From Leucoraja ocellata (lineage: Eukaryota): DNA of 64,000 bases. This document shows positions 26,802-39,000 of the stretch, one piece after another. How positions within the stretch are numbered: position 1 is the stretch's first letter; every line of letters begins with the position of its first letter. The stretch is taken from assembly GCA_036785375.1 (NCBI GenBank), contig JAWMAR010000019.1, positions 2,914,001 through 2,978,000 on the forward strand, given 5' to 3'. The notes beneath the pieces are model-generated. The model had not been told where the DNA came from, searched no databases, and worked only from the letters and a program-made list of their open reading frames with translations. The translations under genes and the position numbers were made by a program.

Positions 26802-26835
26802 TGCTAACATTTGTCATTGTGTAATTTTCTTGCAG
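26802..26835 (+). promoter_or_regulatory. Branch point and 3' splice site of the 22.6-kb intron
   Basis: TGCTAAC at 26802-26808, about 28 nt upstream of ttttcttgcAG. Confidence 0.7.
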
Positions 26836-27052
26836 TCCCACTTCCACAGAAGAATATCACATCCTTGATGATGAACAAAGACAATCTACTTGGCGGAATT
26901 GCTAATCACAATGAGGTGTTCTGCTCTGTGCCGGGCCGCCTGTCCCTCCTTAGTTCCACATCCAAGTACAAGGTGACTGTGGGAGAAGTCCAGAGACGCC
27001 TGTCCCCACCAGAATGCCTGAACGCCTCGCTGCTGGGAGGAGTGCTGAGAAG
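26836..27052 (+). CDS. TFAP2B: AP-2 beta exon 4 equivalent (217 nt), start of the DNA-binding basic region
   Basis: [73 protein letters not shown], flanked by AG and [14 protein letters not shown] is characteristic of AP-2 beta. Confidence 0.97.
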
Positions 27053-27609
27053 GTAGGTCGTCAACATAAGATATCAATCATTCAAACTAAACCAACGTGG
27101 AAACTATTGAACAATAAAACATGACCATTGTTAAAGCGCAAAGTGCATTGTTTGTCATTGTCTTTACCCCCCCCCCCCCCACAACAGTAGTCCGCCTACC
27201 CACCCAGCTACATCTACAGCCATGAGCGAATCTCACAGATTGTTGCTCCACATTGTGACCTTTCAATTAATATTTCTAAATCCATCCCTCTGCGAGTTTG
27301 TCTCGCAGGAATTCAGTGCATTTTAATAACCATGAAAACGCAAACATACAAGCCATTGGTCATACAAGAATGGATGACAACTGCATTCTTGCGTGGCTAT
27401 TGGTTCTTTTAATGTGACAACCACAATGTCGGTCTCGCCCCCATATTAAGAAGTGTAGAAACAGCCACAACCGCCCCCTTTCTGTCCGCTTCCTATGCAT
27501 CATGGCAGGAGAATGCAGACAGGAGTTTTACAACTAATCACCGGGTGCATTTATGAAATCGGTTTAATGTTCTCCAGAATAAACTCTAAAAGAGTAGAAG
27601 TGACTTTAT

Positions 27610-27691
27610 ACTGCCAACCCTTAACGGCCCCAAGAAACTCAATCCAATACACTGCCAACCCTTAGCGGTCCCAAGAAACTCACTCCAATAC
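27610..27691. repeat. 41-bp tandem duplication
   Basis: actgccaacccttaacggccccaagaaactcaatccaatac twice, with 3 mismatches. Confidence 0.9.
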
Positions 27692-28229
27692 TTTCTCTTC
27701 TCTAGGTCAGTGAGTGGGTGAAAGCAATACATCCCCGGATAAGCCATTAAGCTACAACTTTATTTCAGCTACCACTGTTGGACTGGTTATCTATGGATAG
27801 GGTCGTGGTAGATTTTACTCCCAACCACGTGTCTTCACATAATATAAGTTTACTTCTAGCTACCTCAAGTTGAGCAAGAAATATTATTTTTATTTTCGAG
27901 AATTAAAGGGATCGGGACATTAAAGCATGCCGCATCCAATTGATAGCGTGCGTCAGTCTATAGTAGGCTGACATCATAATTCCTGACTTTAGTACACCTT
28001 GGGACTTCTCCTCGATTACGGGGTCACTCTACGCCTCGAATGCATCCAACTCACAAGAATACAGCAGCTCGGTTTCATCTTTGGGAACATGAACATTTCA
28101 ATAAACGTCCATGGGAACCTTGTGGAATGGCGGGTGTTCAAAGATATTCTTAAAATAAAATATGGAACATATGAAATCATATGGCTTCATATTGAAGAGG
28201 AAAGTCAAAACGGGGCACTTGATGTGTAG

Positions 28230-28403
<174 letters not shown>

Positions 28404-28852
28404 TGATGATATTGACAGTTTAAATACATATTTTATGTATTATATGCTTAACATCGAGAAACAAAAACTTTGTTTTGCAATGGCACGAAGAAGGAAATTG
28501 CGATAGGAGGTGTATGGTTAAATATTTATATAATATCACGTTGACGGGGTTCAATGGCATCACATTATGTTGGGTTGTGCCTGTCCGTTTAGCCGTTCTT
28601 TGTGGTAAAAAAACAGCTGACCACACTATCAAAATTATGCTACTTTTCATGATTGTTCGCCATTGAGTTTTCAAGATAAATTACATTAATTATGTAATTA
28701 AAGTACCGATGTTCTTTGTGCATAAATAATAATACTAAATATTCTAAATGCATTTATCCCATAGCCGTAAGGAGTCTTGGCTAACCTTCATGAATAATTC
28801 ATAATTGCATTCACATTTTCATATGTAACAACACTTTTACTAAGTTAGTTAC

Positions 28853-29002
28853 NNNNNNNNNNNNNNNNNNNNNNNNNNNNNNNNNNNNNNNNNNNNNNNN
28901 NNNNNNNNNNNNNNNNNNNNNNNNNNNNNNNNNNNNNNNNNNNNNNNNNNNNNNNNNNNNNNNNNNNNNNNNNNNNNNNNNNNNNNNNNNNNNNNNNNNN
29001 NN
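28853..29002. other. Assembly gap (150 N)
   Basis: Run of N; true intron length is unknown. Confidence 1.
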
Positions 29003-31440
29003 NATCTCTTTTTTCACACACGTACACACGCACACACACACATTTGTTTCTGTGCACAACCAAGGTGTTTTATTCGTGTACCTGTTACTACTCACTCATT
29101 ACCACTCGATAGCTGCATCAGAGACAGGCAGACGTCTATTATAAACAGGATTACCTGCATACACGTACATATATGGGGGAGAATGAAAAGGGAGATATTT
29201 TACAACACATCTTAAAACCACGATACTAAACAAAACATGTTAAACCGAGCGACCAATCATATTTAGATGATTGTGCGCACATTTTCTTGCTAATATAGCA
29301 TGACGTTGCATTTCGACAAACCAACGAAACGTCGTGTTGATTGGAACAGATTTTAGGTTTCGTTTTTAAACAATTTCAGTTCCGCGGATTATATGCATTC
29401 TTCATTAACAAACTGAAATTGGCCGTGATATTGTTGAAAGGCAAATTAGCTCCATCATTAGTCACGCGGTTATGTGGGACATCAGTATATTCACCTTTTT
29501 TATTTCCTGTTCACTGCTGCCATTGCCTCTTTCACCTCTCTACTATTTATCCCTATATCTACAAACAATTATCTTTCTTGCATGGGTCACCTTTTAATCA
29601 CTTAATTTTACTGGGCTTTCTAACTTCAGTTCTTCTAACACTATTTTTTTAGAAGATGTAACAGAATTTGTCAAGTTGCCCTTCATGGATATTATATATT
29701 TTTTAATGGTAACGCTCTTATTAACGGGTAAATTGTTTTAAAAAGTCAGAAGATAATTAGATTGATCATTAGCAGTACAGTATCTGGTTGAATTCTTTAA
29801 TGCTAATGTTAATTTCATGTGCAGCGTCGAAGCTATCGCCTGCAAAGTACTTTGAAAAGATTCAGTGCTGGAGGGATGAAGCATTATCTACTTGAATCCC
29901 CCCAGAGCTTGGCTTTGTAGTGTTACCCAGCTTTCACTGCTCTCTGAAACATCAGCATCAGGCGGGAAGGTTGATGACATGGAACTCCCTGCAGGGTGTT
30001 CTCAATAAACACACATACACATTCACAATAGCTATATAGGGAATAGGTATTTTCGAACTGCTTTATGCTATTTAAACTGTATTTTAAAATCTCTCCTTTT
30101 CTTTCACTCTCTTCATACATGTATGTATATGATGAGTCGGAGGGTACTTATTAGTTTTCAGCAATCTAATTGTTCTTGCGAGGATTTAGCCTTTTTTAGT
30201 TGTTCCTAGTTGACCTTATAAGTGTATTGCTTTATATGAATGTATCTGGCTTATTGCCTTCCAGGTTTTCAAACATAATAGGTAGCATTTAATTACTTTT
30301 GACAATGTCGTTTACACCAAAATGATGTGATGTTTTAAATGGTAGTAATTCACCAGTATTTTGTGTGGGCAATATTGTAAATGTTGTGGGAAAGCGCATC
30401 TTGTAGGAGACATTCGGACCGATAGATGGTTGCATTATCTTTCTACATTCTGAAGTTGATAAATAAAGCGTATTATAATTATTATCTCATGATTGCAGAT
30501 GAGACTTTGCAGATTAATTGTGAATGTTCCCTTTTAACTTCTATAGTTGTGGTGTGGCGAGTATTTCATATGTATATCCCGCCTAATAACCAAATGAAAA
30601 TATGCAGGTCACCAAGTAATGCCACTGCTGACATTTTGCAAAGTCGCCAGTAAATTTTAATGTTTTATTTCAGATATTTACAAGGTCTTTTTTTGAGAAC
30701 ATGCATCCTGTAACTATTGTTTTCTGTTTCTCGATAGTTTTATTTTAGTTTTTGGTTGCTATGTTTATAAGCAAGGATCAAACAAAAAATCGATTTAAAT
30801 CTGGGAATGCTTATCTTCGGACACATACAACCGAGTCTGTGCATGTGATGTCTTCGCATCCAATCTCGCCCATTTTCTCTACCTTTCCACACACAGTTGA
30901 TATAAATGTTTCATTGTCTGTTCCTTCGTGACAAGCGACCTATTACAGTAACCGAGTATTTAATTCACATACTAAATGAAGAACTTAACTCCACACCCGA
31001 GGGAAATAACAAGCCCCTTAACCGGAATGACTCGTCATTACTTGTTTAAATACGCTATGTAACGTTGGAACTTCAGAATTTGGAAGAATTTGCATAGTAT
31101 ACATGTTTCAAATAACTTTTTTCTCTCTTCACAACGCCCTTCCTCATTTGCACGGTCGCCAACGGGGATTATTTAAAATATTGCATCTCGTGGGAGCATT
31201 TCGTGGATGTCAGAGTTTATCCTTATGAACAACGCGTAAAAGTCGAGAACCCAGCCTAATTCCCCATACGAGATCACGCTTAGACTCTCAAGGAGAGAAC
31301 ACCAGAACGTATTGGGAGATGGTGCAAGGCTTTCATATTGAATAGCACAACCTCCAAATAGAAACGGATTATTATCCACCGACAACGAGCAACTGAGTAG
31401 TTCTGAATAATATTGAAAGGGGGAAATCTATAAATATCTC

Positions 31441-31502
31441 TGACCCGAAACGTCACCCATTCCTTCACTCCAGAGATGCTGCCTGTCCCGCTGAGTTACT
31501 CC
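31441..31502 (+). mobile_element. 62-bp PLE terminal-repeat fragment, 9-bp TSD
   Basis: gacccgaaacgtcacccattcc...gctgagttactcc, with aaatatctc at 31432-31440 and 31503-31511. Confidence 0.85.
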
Positions 31503-31668
31503 AAATATCTCAAATATTATAGAATTATTGTTTCGGCTCCACTCTACTGTTTTTGCTTCACTTTTATCTCACTGGCGAATATGAGTGTCGGTATTGATGT
31601 GCATTTAGAAGTCGCAAACTCGCCTGCTTCTATGTGAAAACAATTAAGAATTTGGTCTTATCTTCCAG

Positions 31669-31810
31669 GAGAGGCCGTGCATTTAGCTCGGGATTTCGGG
31701 TATATCTGTGAGACGGAATTCCCAGCCAAAGCTGCAGCTGACTATTTGAACAGGCAGCACACAGACCCTAGCGAGCTGCACTCCAGAAAGAACATGATAC
31801 TGGCCACAAA
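31669..31810 (+). CDS. TFAP2B: AP-2 beta exon 6 equivalent (142 nt), helix-span-helix
   Basis: [48 protein letters not shown], acceptor ttccAG, donor GTGAGT. Confidence 0.97.
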
Positions 31811-32790
31811 GTGAGTCATTAACTTACCCCTACATGCCCTTTGAAGGCTGCAGGGGTAAATAGTATCAGTTAATATCGTAGATGTTTCACAATGATATGA
31901 ATATAAAGCAATATTTGAAATTAGGTGGCATGTTTTAAGTTTAATCAACATAACATAACCTTTGCCCGGTTGAAGGCTTCAGAAGCTGTGATTTTCAATC
32001 CTTTCCATCAACGCATCAACCTATAGTTACAGTCGTCGGGTAGATGAGTAGCATGACATAAACTAGTCGGCATTTTTGTGTCGTTTAAATATTGTCCTCG
32101 ATTGAGTTCATAAAACCTTTACACAAATCATTATTTGTATCCATGAAGGCAAATTAAATTGATTTAAATCACACACACTTTAATTTAACTATGCATTTAA
32201 AACTTAAGAATAATTTTCCTCCAAAATATTTTCCAAAGATGGGGGTATCCAAACAATAATTGTCAAACAAATCTGTCGATGATGTAGCATGGGCTATAAA
32301 ATAAGCGCATGTACCCGCCTTTAATATTATTGAGGAAAATCCTCCCAATTCCCAGCAAAGATGAAAAAAAAAACTGAAAAATCATTTGCTGAAATTTGTC
32401 CAGATGTTCGCTAGACGTGATTTGAATTTAATTGTTTCTTTCCGCCGGGTCAGAAGATATTACAATCTCAGAAGTTTAATTGCTTGCAGGCGATTCTTTT
32501 TCTTTGAAGACAAGAAGCGCCTGACTTCCCTGCCATTAATCCTTCACGGTGGACGTTTTCGACTTTGCATAGGAAAAAAAAGTACAAGGGCGACGAATAC
32601 GGGCGTTTAGAATGTTCCCATAGCAATTTCCTATGCGTCTCTATTATGCGTGTTACCACACACGCCGAAAAAAAAGCCAGGGAACAAAAAAAAGAACCCC
32701 AGCAGATACAGATAGGGTAAAAAAATACGAGACAAAGGTGCTTTTCAAAACATGCTTCATTATTTCTGAATTCATGTGCCTAGCATTTAT

Positions 32791-32885
32791 CTTCCTTCTA
32801 TCCAGGGATGCTGCTTGTCCCAATGCTACTCCAAAATTTTCTGTCTATCCTCGGTGTAAACCAGCATCTGCAGATCCTTCCTACA
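32791..32885 (+). mobile_element. PLE terminal-repeat 3' fragment, 7-bp TSD
   Basis: gatgctgcttgtccc...ccagcatctgcagatccttcctaca, with catttat at 32784-32790 and 32886-32892. Confidence 0.75.
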
Positions 32886-33426
32886 CATTTATAGTAACCT
32901 GATTGTTTCTCCAATTCCATTCCTCCTTGGTGCAGCCTTCCGCTTTCAGGAGCTACATTTTCTACCGAAGTGCACATTTTGTTCCTCTTATTGACTCTAA
33001 CAGGAAGTTAAATGCATACATGGGCATTTCATAATCTTTTTTAAAACAAACTAGAGACTCAAATATAAAGTCTCGTTTTTTTTGGCAACAGAACAGAAGA
33101 CTAGGACCAACTACACAGATATCTAATTATTAGTGATTCTTTTTCATGATGATGAGAAATATTTTTGGCTATGATTCTTAAACCACTCTCATATTGACCA
33201 CCAAATAAGAAAGTTGATTAAACGCATCATATAGATACACATATTTCACGCCTGCTTAATTGCGTTGCCTTACTCGGCCCAGAATTATTTTAAAGTAAAT
33301 CGATTTTATCGTGACAATGGTAGTGCTCCCCAGAAATCTATAATAACCTCCCTCTCTCTGATCACACATAAAAGTCTTCATGTTTAACAAAGAAAGCTGA
33401 TCTGTCAAGACAATGCTGCAGTCTTT

Positions 33427-33512
33427 ACATAAAAAAACATAGAAATAGGTGCAGGAGGAGGCCATTCGGCCCTTCGAGCCAGCACCGCCATTCATTGTGA
33501 TCATGGCTGATG
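33427..33512 (-). mobile_element. CR1/HER1 extreme 3' tail
   Basis: aacatagaaataggtgcaggaggaggccattcggcccttcgagccagc matches 26320-26390. Confidence 0.9.
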
Positions 33513-34019
33513 ATCAGCACGTTGATGAGATTTGCACGAAGCCACGGTTAGATAGAAAATTGAATTGGTCGAAAATCTAATCATCATGTCGGTCATTCCG
33601 AAAATAAGAATATTCAGTCATTATTAAACCAGGTTCCAACTGGATGTTTGTTGATAGACATTTTTACTGTGGCGTCTCGATCTTCTCTATTTATTTTACT
33701 ATTTACTATTGAATCTGCACCCCGGTTAGGTTCTGTAAACAAAATGTTTAAACGAAGTCGTGCGTATAACAAGGTGATAGGGGAGAACGTCAAGAGACAG
33801 GAGACTGTTCCATTCCCAACACACAGTGTGAATATTAATGATTTCCAGGTCATGGATAGCGCCATTACGATGCAATTATCCAATAGCTGTAGGTGAAGTG
33901 CACGGTTGTGCTAAAAATCCCAACCACACGGAACTGAATCTTTGTCTGGAACTACACGTTCTGAGTTCTTGATTCTCCTCAAACTAGAAAACAAAATGTC
34001 TCACTACTGATGGTGCGCC

Positions 34020-34322
34020 TCAAAGGTCTGGAATTTCCTAGAGAGCACAACTTTAAGGCAAGAGGGGCAACGTTTAAAGGACATGTGCGGGACAAGTTAT
34101 TTTGTACACTGAGAATCGTGGGTGTCCCACGGGTTGTGGTGGAGGCAGATGCGAGAGTTGTGTTTAAACGGTTTTTAGTTAGGCACGTTGTTATGCAGGG
34201 AGTGGAGGGAATTAATTCACGTGCAGGCAGATAAGATTAATTTAACTTGACATCATGTTCGGCATGGGCATTGTGAGCCAAAGGGCCTGTTTCTGTGTTG
34301 TACTCAACCTGGTTCTATGTTC
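34020..34322 (+). mobile_element. Degenerate CR1 3' fragment
   Basis: REHNFKARG...VVEADA..FKRFLVRH followed by a CR1-type 3' UTR. Confidence 0.75.
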
Positions 34323-35707
34323 CAGACGCTCCTTTATTCTATCTATTCGATCAAGAGTTTTGGGGCCCGGTGCTAATGGGCACGCTCTGTGTCAACCTCT
34401 TGGGTTTGCTTGTGTTAAATGTTGTTTTTTTGTACAAGCTGTTGTGGTAATAATTCCCCCCCCCCTTAGATCAGATTTATACCTTTATGTTCAGCTTCAC
34501 TACTTTGCTATGGTTCAAGTACGAATGTCCCTTTTTACTTGCAGTAAGCCTCCCTTTGCTCCATGGAAGGTGAAGGCAGTGTGATAGGGAGGGGGTGATA
34601 GGGAGGGAGTGGGGGGAGGGCGGGCGAAATTCTGCAGTGTTGGAAGGACATGAGGGAGACAATCTTCATTAGTTCGCTGTTACTTCGTCAAACTTTGCTC
34701 AACCCCACCCAGCGTTTGTAAATAACTCTCTATCCCTTGCTGGAATTGAACGGAGCAGTGGCAGACCCACTGCTAAACACAGATTGTATCATGTCCTTCC
34801 ACCTCTCTCCCACCTCCCGACTCCATTCTGGGAAACCAGGATGAACTTTCATCTATTTGGAATCAAAAGAAACTCTTGGAACTACCAGGGCTGATCCAAT
34901 GCACCACGATCCTCTCTTAGATACATACAATCCCCACCCAAATCAGAAAACAAAGGACTAAGTATTCACATGCGGATTGCCTGCTTGCAAGGAAGGGTCG
35001 CGAAATGAACCCCACGCCCAAATTTGAAGTTTGGATGAAGTTTGCAAGTGCAAAGGTCGATGTCTCTCGATTGTAACTCGTTTAAGTATTAACTCCCTTG
35101 GGGATTTCATTCTCTTTTATTTTCCCGTTTTCAAAATGATCCGTTTGGTTTTACTTTTAGTGGCCGCTCAACATTTCATGAATTCTAATTTAGTATCATG
35201 TTTTAGGTGGGGTTTTTGTCTCTCTCCGAAAAGAGCAAAATATTCTGCTAACACTCACATGTGTTATTGGTTGAGAAATTAGCCCACTAAACATGTAACC
35301 TAACCTTAACTTTTTCACCTTCATGAACTCGTGCTGCTTTTAACAGAATTCTTTCACGATGAGATTAATCTATATTTAGGCTTTTGCGCTGCTTCATTCA
35401 TTCTTTAGAAAATTAAAGAAAGACTCACATCCGTGGGTCATTATGGGAATTGAGAACATATGAGACTCCATTAAAAACATCCGGAATTATTTCACTTTTG
35501 TAGTTCTATTATAAGCAAGGAGAATCTTAAATAGAAATTCGGATATATTGGAACTCAATGCTATGCAGTCGGCTTTTCGGTAATCACGATGTGCGGGTTG
35601 AGGGGGGTTAAACCAATTTCCATAGCAACCAGATAATGTGCCATTCCATACATCTGATTTGTGTTATCTGACGGCAACATTCATTGTCTTATTTTCTTAA
35701 CCCCCAG

Positions 35708-36005
35708 GCAACTTTGCAAGGAATTCACAGATCTGCTGGCACAGGACAGGACTCCTTTGGGGAACACCAGGCCCAACCCGATACTAGACCCAGGCATCCA
35801 GAGCTGTTTGACTCACTTTAGCCTCATTACGCATGGTTTTGGCTCTCCTGCCATTTGTGCTGCTCTCACAGCTGTCCAGAACTACCTGACGGAAGCATTA
35901 AAGGGACTGGACAAGATGTTCTTAAACAACAACCCAAATAGACACACATCTGGAGGGGAGGCGGGCACCAAAACTGGAGACAAGGAGGAAAAGAACAGGA
36001 AATGA
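35708..36005 (+). CDS. TFAP2B: AP-2 beta terminal coding exon (exon 7 equivalent) including TGA stop
   Basis: [98 protein letters not shown]. The [13 protein letters not shown] tail is typical of the beta paralogue. Confidence 0.96.
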
Positions 36006-39000
36006 AAAACATTCCTCCAAACTTTTTATTTTCTGTAGCTTTATATAAAAATAAATCTTCTATTAACTTGGAAACAACCACGCACACGTAAAGGAGCAAC
36101 ACTGGGTCAACTGTTTGCGACCATTATGGACCTGGATGCAAGGCTTCAAGATCATTTTTATTGGTATTTGTCCAATTTTGCAACACTTTTACTTCCATTT
36201 TATGTCAGAATGGCGGGTGATTGCAAGATTCACCTGGGTGACTGCAAATTGATTTTTGATTATCAAAATTCTTTGATCCACGCTCATTCCAGGTCTGATT
36301 TTTTGTGCACAGTTCTGCGTGTTACGAGGATGGAAACATTCCACCAAAAAGAAAATGACTATCAGGTAACATGGAAGCTTAATAGTAACCGCCCCCCTTC
36401 ATTTGAGAACATTAGCTTGAATATAGGTCTAATGGTTTGCACACAGATTCCAACACACGGTGACAATAGTTACGTGTACCTGCTCATTTTAACCCCAAGC
36501 ACAAACTGGCAGTCCGAGGCATGGCTGCCCATAATCTCCCACACGACATGAATCTAAACGGAGCCCTATCGAGATAATTATTCACCCTGGATTGCAGTTG
36601 TCAGTTCAAGTTCAAGGTGAACACTGGCACATGCAAACAGAAACAAAACAACAATTGCGAGAAGGGTCTAGCCAGCCAGAGAGCATGTTTATTTCAAAGA
36701 GACAATTTGGAATCCGACTGAGATTGGGAGAAGGAAATAGAAATAGACAGAATTCTCCTAATATAGCATCTTCATTTTAATTCTTAATATTGTTAAATTT
36801 GGCCGATCCTCTCAATAAATGTTCTGCTTTTGGCAGCAGCTGCTTAACTACAGAATAAAATCAGGTAACTCCCCTTCACAACTCATTGGCATTTTGTTTG
36901 GTCTTGTTTCTGATGTATGTTTTCCTTTATAAATTAACCTCATCTTTTGGGGGACTCGGACCATGCAATTTTAAACTTAGATGAGCGAGCAAGATCTCTA
37001 CCCAAACCAAAACACCTTTGACCTCAGCTGCTGGGCAATTTGCTTCTTACGAGTTTAGACAGAGGTCGCCAATGAACATACCAAGGCTCACTAGTATCCC
37101 ACCGAGTGACCCATTGGAGGACGGGTGGTGTTTAATTATAGATGTACGTTTTCAGCAGCAAACAAGGCCACATACTGAAAGCTAGGTCTTAGGTCACGAA
37201 GAAATGCATAAACCACCAAGCGACCAGAATCGTTTTGTTTGTCATCAAATCAGGAGAATAAATCATAAATATTTGCAAATTAGAAAATACATTGCAGAAA
37301 TGTCCAAATTCCTTAAATATATTGTCCTAGTATATATGCTTTACATTATAAATTAAAAAAAAAACTTAAAGATTACACATACTTATTAGTTACTCACCAT
37401 TAAAATTACGTCCCGCCACATTATTTTCATTCAAATGTACATCGAAAAATATACGAGGAAATAATACATGTTAAAAACAGTTGATAGGCTGTTGCAGGTT
37501 AGAAGACACACTGTTCTTTAAACCGCGCATTGGGGATAACATGTACATTCCTGCCAATGGGGTTTCGGAGGTTCTGGGGTTCGCAAACTACAAGGGTGTT
37601 TTTTTTTATTATTTCAAAACTAAATCTCGTTTCTTATACTGTGCTCGTCACCTCCGTGTTCCTGGAAGGTTTATGAAACTGTCCTCACTACTGGGAGATA
37701 TTTATCCACGTGAACACATTTCAGATTTCTTCTCATCGATTTTATTTCATTGAAAACTCGCCACGATCACTTAATCCCACTGGCTGAAGATTTTTTTTAA
37801 AGCAAAGCCAATCAAGGATTCAAGGAAAGCGATGTAATAATCATGGAGTGCTTGTATGCATGTATGTGCGTCCGTGTGATTGTTGGTGAGGAGAATTGGT
37901 GGTGATTGCCGTGAAGACATCAGCTTCCCCATAATTAATAAAACAATCGTGTGACACACATTATAGGGAACCTAGTTGTCCTTCTTTTATCCCAGTTTGC
38001 TGTTCTGATATTCCAGCTGGACACGTTTATTGTGCGTAGTCAATTGAAATGATGGTCCATTTCGAAACCGATGCATTGTTGTAAGATATTCAGCAATTTA
38101 GACCATATGGCGGTTATAACTATCACGGACACTGCTTATTGTGAGCATTGGGTTATTTCTCGTGGGCTCATCTTGAAAACCATCTACTTCCGTCGTGTAT
38201 CTGTGATTGTCCGTACAATAATCTTTCCTTAGTACTTCTCATAGAATTATAAAGTCCTTTTAAATGAACCATTTAAAAAAAAATAATAAATCACTGAGAC
38301 GTTACATAGAATTCAACGCTCCTTTGAGAACGAGCTTCCTTTTCACATGTTTCCCACTATTCTGCCCCGGGCCATGCAATTCAATGGAAGAGTTATCACA
38401 AGCCGAACCTGTGCTGCTTGGCGAGTCCACAGGTGGTATGTGGCGGATGGAGTGTTTTCCCCGTGGCGACACAAAACAAACCCAACACCAGAACTGACTA
38501 AACTCATTAGATACATTAGCAGGGAAGTTGAAACGCTGGAAGGACACAGGTGTGAAAGGAATGTTTGACCATTTAGTTGCTCATTCAGTTACAACAACAA
38601 AATTGCTAAAATATATAGAGGAACACACCCGGATCTCTCTTGTTTGTTCTGAACGTTTATTTCTAAGATGCAGAATAAGTGCAAGGTCCTTAGAGGAATA
38701 GAAAAGGCAAGAGTTATTGGCATTCTGCTGTTTAAAAAAAAAATGTTGTGTTTAGAACGAACGCGTTGAACTGGAATTGATCTGTGGAATGTAAGTCTGT
38801 TGCCTATTTTATCTTCACTGAATCAAGGGAACTGTGCTGCCAGTGCCAGTGACAAAAAGAATGGCGATGGAAAATGTCAATCAGTTTTAAATTGCCAGGA
38901 TAAATTGTCTAATTAAAGTTTTGTTTACCTTTGGTAAAAACGTTCCAACCCATGATGAGTATTGAAGATTTCCGTGCAAATTGATTGGAATGTCATTCCC

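Noticed and set aside
26811-26835. N-terminal extensions of ORF-track entries 26811..27056 and 35661..36005
   Set aside because: These are intronic read-through upstream of the AG acceptors, with non-ATG starts.
27610-27691. Direct repeats as a possible CRISPR-like array
   Set aside because: Two adjacent copies with no spacer, in a eukaryotic intron.
36126-36551. 141-aa ORF right after the stop codon
   Set aside because: No recognisable homology; it lies in the presumed 3' UTR and its length is compatible with chance.
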